Below are positions 60,247 to 64,000 of a stretch of DNA of 64,000 bases, in pieces. The position numbers were made by a program, and so were the translations under genes. Source of the stretch: Spirulina sp. (lineage in GTDB: Bacteria; Cyanobacteriota; Cyanobacteriia; Phormidesmidales; Phormidesmidaceae); NCBI GenBank assembly GCA_044070495.1, contig JBIPSI010000004.1:1-64000 (forward strand). The letters are read 5' to 3'. Below the pieces are notes generated by a model. That model had not been told where the DNA came from and ran no database searches. It worked only from the letters and a program-made list of their open reading frames with translations. Each line of letters starts with the position of its first letter. Within the stretch, counting starts at the first letter, position 1.

Positions 60247-60609
60247 ATGAAACCCAATGATCTCGGTGAAGGCACCACCCTAGAGCGCCTCAAGCTGATG
60301 ATTTACCTAGTACCCATCTTTGGCGTGGTGCCAGCAGCCTACAGCCTGTTGCAAAAACAGGGCAGCCGCCAAGAGCAAGCCATCAGCCGTCTAGTGATTA
60401 CCTTGGCCCTAACCTGGGTGATGATGTACGCGCTGTTGAGTACGGGTAGCCACCTGGCACCGGGGTTGTCGCTACGGTTTTTGGTTAGCAATACCCTCGT
60501 CACCACGGGCTATACCCTCACGAATCTGGTGCTGATGGTGCGGCTGTTGCAGGGTAAGTCGGTGAAACTGCCAGGGTTTAGCCGTCTCAGTCAGCGGTTA
60601 CCCCGCTAG
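60247..60609 (+). CDS. Conserved cyanobacterial small membrane protein
   Basis: IYLVPIFG, three hydrophobic segments and a C-terminal LPG motif. Confidence 0.65.
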   Translation: MKPNDLGEGTTLERLKLMIYLVPIFGVVPAAYSLLQKQGSRQEQAISRLVITLALTWVMMYALLSTGSHLAPGLSLRFLVSNTLVTTGYTLTNLVLMVRLLQGKSVKLPGFSRLSQRLPR

Positions 60610-61042
60610 GTCGTCTTCTAGGCAAGCTGTATTGACCTAAGAGGGCGTTTGAAAAGGGTTGCCTCAGGTGCGTTTGATCGTTAAATCGGTGCAAATCTAC
60701 GGAATTTTTGACGGCTGAGGCTAACCTCATCGGTATAGCTTGGGACACACTTCGGCTTCTCAAACGTCCTCTAACGGGGTGGCAGTTAGAAAAATTCGCT
60801 AATTTGGCGAATTGCTTGCGCCACTTTTGACCATTTGCCCCATAATGACCTCGATGAGTTATAAACCGTCTGGGCCAGACGGATTTGAGCCAGTTAGTTT
60901 CGGCCCATCCAGTTGTCCCCGGTTTCACAACATCCCCCTCACCCATGGTGTAGTCTGTCTCGCTATGTTATGGGTGCCCAGCAAGAAATAGCCTCTGCCG
61001 CGATCTTGCCTCCACCTCCACATTCCCAGGATGAGGTAGCCT

Positions 61043-62473
61043 GTGCCTTCCCGTAATCCCCGCCCGTCCTCTATGCGCCCTACTCCCCAGCATCCCCAGC
61101 CACCCACCGCCTGGTCTCGTACGGGGGTAAAGCGCAAACCTTCTCGCTGGCGTTGGCCTCGGGTGATTGGCATTAGTGTGGCTTTGGCGGGGGTGGCCAG
61201 TGTATCGGCGATGGCGGGGGCGCTGCTGGCGGTGTCGCTGTCGGCAACACCGCTTCAACAGCAGCAACTCACCGCCGATGATGCCAACGTCTTCAACCAA
61301 GACAACCCCATTTCCTCCGGCGGCAGTTTGCGGTTGCCCCGACTCACCCGTCCGGTCAACATTCTGGTGTTGGGTGTTAAGGTGCTGACCACCGATGTCA
61401 ATGAGGTACCCCCAGAACTGCGTAATCTGGGCTACCACGCCCTGGTCAACTCCTTTGAGGGGTTGTCCGATTCTATGCTGTTGATTCGGTTTAATCCGCA
61501 GACGGGGCAGTTGGTGGTGCTGTCTTTGCCCAGGGATACCCGCACCTACGTGCAAGGTCGCCTCACCAAACTCAATGAAGCCAATGCCCATGGCGGCCCT
61601 GCCCTAGCGGCAGAATCCGTCAGCGACTTACTGGGCGGAGTGGCGGTGGATCGCTACGTGCGCATCAACGTGCAGGGGGTAGAAAAACTGATCGATGCCC
61701 TGGGCGGGGTAACGGTGACGGTACCCCAGGACATGAAATACCAAGACGATAGCCAGCACCTCTACATCAACCTCAAGGCCGGAGAACAAAAGCTCAACGG
61801 CAACCAATCCCTACAATTCCTGAGATTCCGCTACGATGCCAACGGCGACATTGGCCGCATTCAGCGGCAGCAGATGTTTATGCGCGCCCTGGCAGAACAA
61901 ACCATCAACCCCGCTACCATTGCCCGCCTGCCCAAAATTCTGTCGGTGATTCAATCCAACGTCGATACCAACCTCTCGGTTGAGGAACTGCTGGCGCTGC
62001 TGGGCTATGCCTCCCAGGTCAACCGTTCCAATGTGCAAATGCTGATGCTGCCCGGAAACTTCAGTAGCCCCAGCGAATATTCCGTTAGCTACTGGTTACC
62101 CAGCTACGGCGACATCGACACCATGGTCGATCAATACTTTGGCTTTGGCACCCAAGCCGTATCCACCAGCCGCGAACCCAACCGTGTTCGCATCGCCATC
62201 CAAGACAGCACCAACAACCCTGTGGCGGTGCAAGCCCTCACCAACGCCCTACGGGAAAGCGGCTACTCCAACGTCTACGTGGACAAGGATCTCCAGACCC
62301 CCCTTCCCATCAGCCGCATTGTGGCCCAGCGGGGCGACATGGCCACCGCCGAAATGGTACAGCGATTCCTCGCCATCGGCGAAGCCCGCGTGGAAAGCAC
62401 CGGAGCCCTCAACTCCGACATCACCATCCAACTCGGCCAAGACTGGGCGCAAGGCCTAGGAGAAGCCCTCTAG
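61043..62473 (+). CDS. LCP (LytR-CpsA-Psr) family protein with LytR_C domain
   Basis: NILVLG, SDSMLL, LSLPRDT, KLNEA, RFRY..GDIGRIQRQQ and DITIQLG motifs. Confidence 0.93.
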   Translation: MPSRNPRPSSMRPTPQHPQPPTAWSRTGVKRKPSRWRWPRVIGISVALAGVASVSAMAGALLAVSLSATPLQQQQLTADDANVFNQDNPISSGGSLRLPRLTRPVNILVLGVKVLTTDVNEVPPELRNLGYHALVNSFEGLSDSMLLIRFNPQTGQLVVLSLPRDTRTYVQGRLTKLNEANAHGGPALAAESVSDLLGGVAVDRYVRINVQGVEKLIDALGGVTVTVPQDMKYQDDSQHLYINLKAGEQKLNGNQSLQFLRFRYDANGDIGRIQRQQMFMRALAEQTINPATIARLPKILSVIQSNVDTNLSVEELLALLGYASQVNRSNVQMLMLPGNFSSPSEYSVSYWLPSYGDIDTMVDQYFGFGTQAVSTSREPNRVRIAIQDSTNNPVAVQALTNALRESGYSNVYVDKDLQTPLPISRIVAQRGDMATAEMVQRFLAIGEARVESTGALNSDITIQLGQDWAQGLGEAL

Positions 62474-62583
62474 AACCATCCGCACATTAAGACATGGGCA
62501 GAAACATGAACAATCACATCATTCCCTAGCCAAGGTAGGAGAGGTCGTTTAGGATAAATCTAAAGAAATCCTTAAGTGTTGCC

Positions 62584-62793
62584 ATGAATCCCCATCTTCT
62601 GCGCCACTTGTGGTCCCTTGTAGACCGCTCCCAGAGTAGCTACCTCCTTGATTTGGACGATAACGGCCTCGTTCGCTGGCTGATAGACGAGTTCATGGTG
62701 CAACAGCCTATTAATCAAGCCGAAACCGTTCAGCTCGACCACTACATTCGCGCCAAAATCCCCCTCATCCGCGATCTCGCCCAGGAACATTAG
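62584..62793 (+). CDS. Small conserved cyanobacterial hypothetical protein
   Basis: LRHLWSLV...LL.LDD..LV...YI..KIPLIRDLA pattern. Confidence 0.7.
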   Translation: MNPHLLRHLWSLVDRSQSSYLLDLDDNGLVRWLIDEFMVQQPINQAETVQLDHYIRAKIPLIRDLAQEH

Positions 62794-62938
62794 CGCCTGA
62801 GCCGCCCGACTCACCTACCCACTCCCCCCACCAGTCCAGCGGCCCCAGCGTTCGGCCTGTTTTTTTGATATATCGTTCTATTTTGCCCGTAAATATACGG
62901 TAGTCGCAGTCTTTTCAGGCTGAAGGTCTCCGGTATAG

Positions 62939-62954
62939 TGTTACGTGTAATACA
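62939..62954 (+). promoter_or_regulatory. Putative NtcA-type box
   Basis: TGT-TACGTGTAAT-ACA (GTT-N8-TAC, one mismatch to GTA-N8-TAC) about 105 bp upstream of an amino-acid ABC gene. Confidence 0.4.
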
Positions 62955-63058
62955 AAATCAAAACCTAAACCAGTGGAATGTTAAGTAAGATTCTCATTTC
63001 TAGGGTTTAGGTTAGATTCTGTAACAGATCTTTGTTTTTGTGAGTGAGGTAGTGATTG

Positions 63059-64000
63059 ATGCGTAATAAGTGGGGTATTCTTGCGGCCACCCTGGGGCTA
63101 ACCCTAGCTGCCTGCGGTGGTGGCACCACGACCACCGATGGAGGCAGCGCACCTGCTGCTAGCGGTAGCCGTCTGGACGTTGTGAAGGAGCGCGGTCAAC
63201 TCCTCTGCGGGGTCGATGGTGGCATTCCTGGCTTTAGCTTTGTCGATGAAACCGGCACCTACTCTGGCCTAGACGTGGATGTGTGTAAGGCGGTGGCTGC
63301 CGCTGTGCTGGGCGATGCCGAAGCGGTAGAGTACCGTCGCCTCGATTCCACCGAGCGTTTCACCGCCCTGGCCGGGGGTGAGGTGGATATGCTTTCCCGG
63401 AACACCACCTGGACGATCAGCCGCGACACCAGCGTCGGTCTAGAGTTTGCCCCCACCACCTTCTTTGATGGCCAGGGCATGATGGTGCGGACGGACAGCG
63501 GTATTACCGAACTGGCCGATTTTGAGGGACGGGCCATCTGCGTGGAAACAGGCACCACCACCGAACTCAACCTGACCGACCAAATGCGTCAGCTCGGCGT
63601 AGACTTTGAGCCTGTGGTGTTCCAAGACGCCGACGCCGCCTATGCTGCCTACGACGAAGGTCGCTGCGAAGGCATGACCTCCGACAAATCTCAGCTCATC
63701 GCCCGCCGCAGCACCCTGCCCAACCCCGACGACCACACCCTGTTGGAAGTCACTATGTCCAAGGAACCCCTTGGCCCCGTGACCGTGAACAACGACTCTG
63801 CCTGGTTTGACGTGGTGAAATGGGTCACTTACGGCCTCATGCAGGCCGAGGAGTTTGGCATCACCTCCGCCAATATCGGCGACTTTGAAGCCTCGGATAA
63901 CCCCGACATCGCCCGTTTTCTAGGCCAAGAAGGCACGCTCGGCACCGACATGGGCTTGCCCAACGACTTCATGGTGCAGGTCATCACCCAAGTTGGCAAC
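63059..64000 (+). CDS. Polar amino acid ABC transporter substrate-binding lipoprotein (AapJ/BztA/NatF-like), truncated by the window end
   Basis: Not in the ORF track; translates as MRNKWGILAATLGLTLAAC (lipobox)...RGQLLCGV...GLDVDVC...SRNTTWT..RD...SKEPLGP. Confidence 0.92.
   Translation, partial: MRNKWGILAATLGLTLAACGGGTTTTDGGSAPAASGSRLDVVKERGQLLCGVDGGIPGFSFVDETGTYSGLDVDVCKAVAAAVLGDAEAVEYRRLDSTERFTALAGGEVDMLSRNTTWTISRDTSVGLEFAPTTFFDGQGMMVRTDSGITELADFEGRAICVETGTTTELNLTDQMRQLGVDFEPVVFQDADAAYAAYDEGRCEGMTSDKSQLIARRSTLPNPDDHTLLEVTMSKEPLGPVTVNNDSAWFDVVKWVTYGLMQAEEFGITSANIGDFEASDNPDIARFLGQEGTLGTDMGLPNDFMVQVITQVGN

Overview
This 64-kb window is chromosomal DNA from a GC-rich cyanobacterium, probably a filamentous Leptolyngbya/Nodosilinea-type; ndhH, vipp1, a CYP38/TLP40-type cyclophilin, hpsL, cofH and a fused panC-cmk support this. 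Most genes are housekeeping: thiL, efp-accB, pyrF, ylqF, an RND pump, aroE, rlpA, purM, proS-prmC, a cation antiporter, a PAS-GGDEF-EAL protein, ffh, mscS, an LCP protein and ABC components. I saw no rRNA, tRNA, CRISPR array or transposase. The most promising candidate for an undescribed system is a five-gene minus-strand cluster at 0.3-7.3 kb. It encodes an internally duplicated cyclase/hydratase-like membrane protein, a small membrane protein, a divergent UbiA prenyltransferase, a rifampin-phosphotransferase-architecture dikinase and a BtaA/DUF3419 aminocarboxypropyl transferase, which together suggest an uncharacterised prenyl/amino-lipid pathway. Three of these genes carry at least seven in-frame palindromic mini-repeats whose relatives also occur between genes, some nested or tandemly amplified. 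Other points of interest are a GAF protein with class III cyclase-like motifs, an AMDase-like Gly/Cys racemase-family gene paired with an amidohydrolase, an AT-rich 1424-aa repeat metalloprotease, and an apparent lack of the HIP1 core CGATCG. All family calls come from motif recognition by eye, with no database search.
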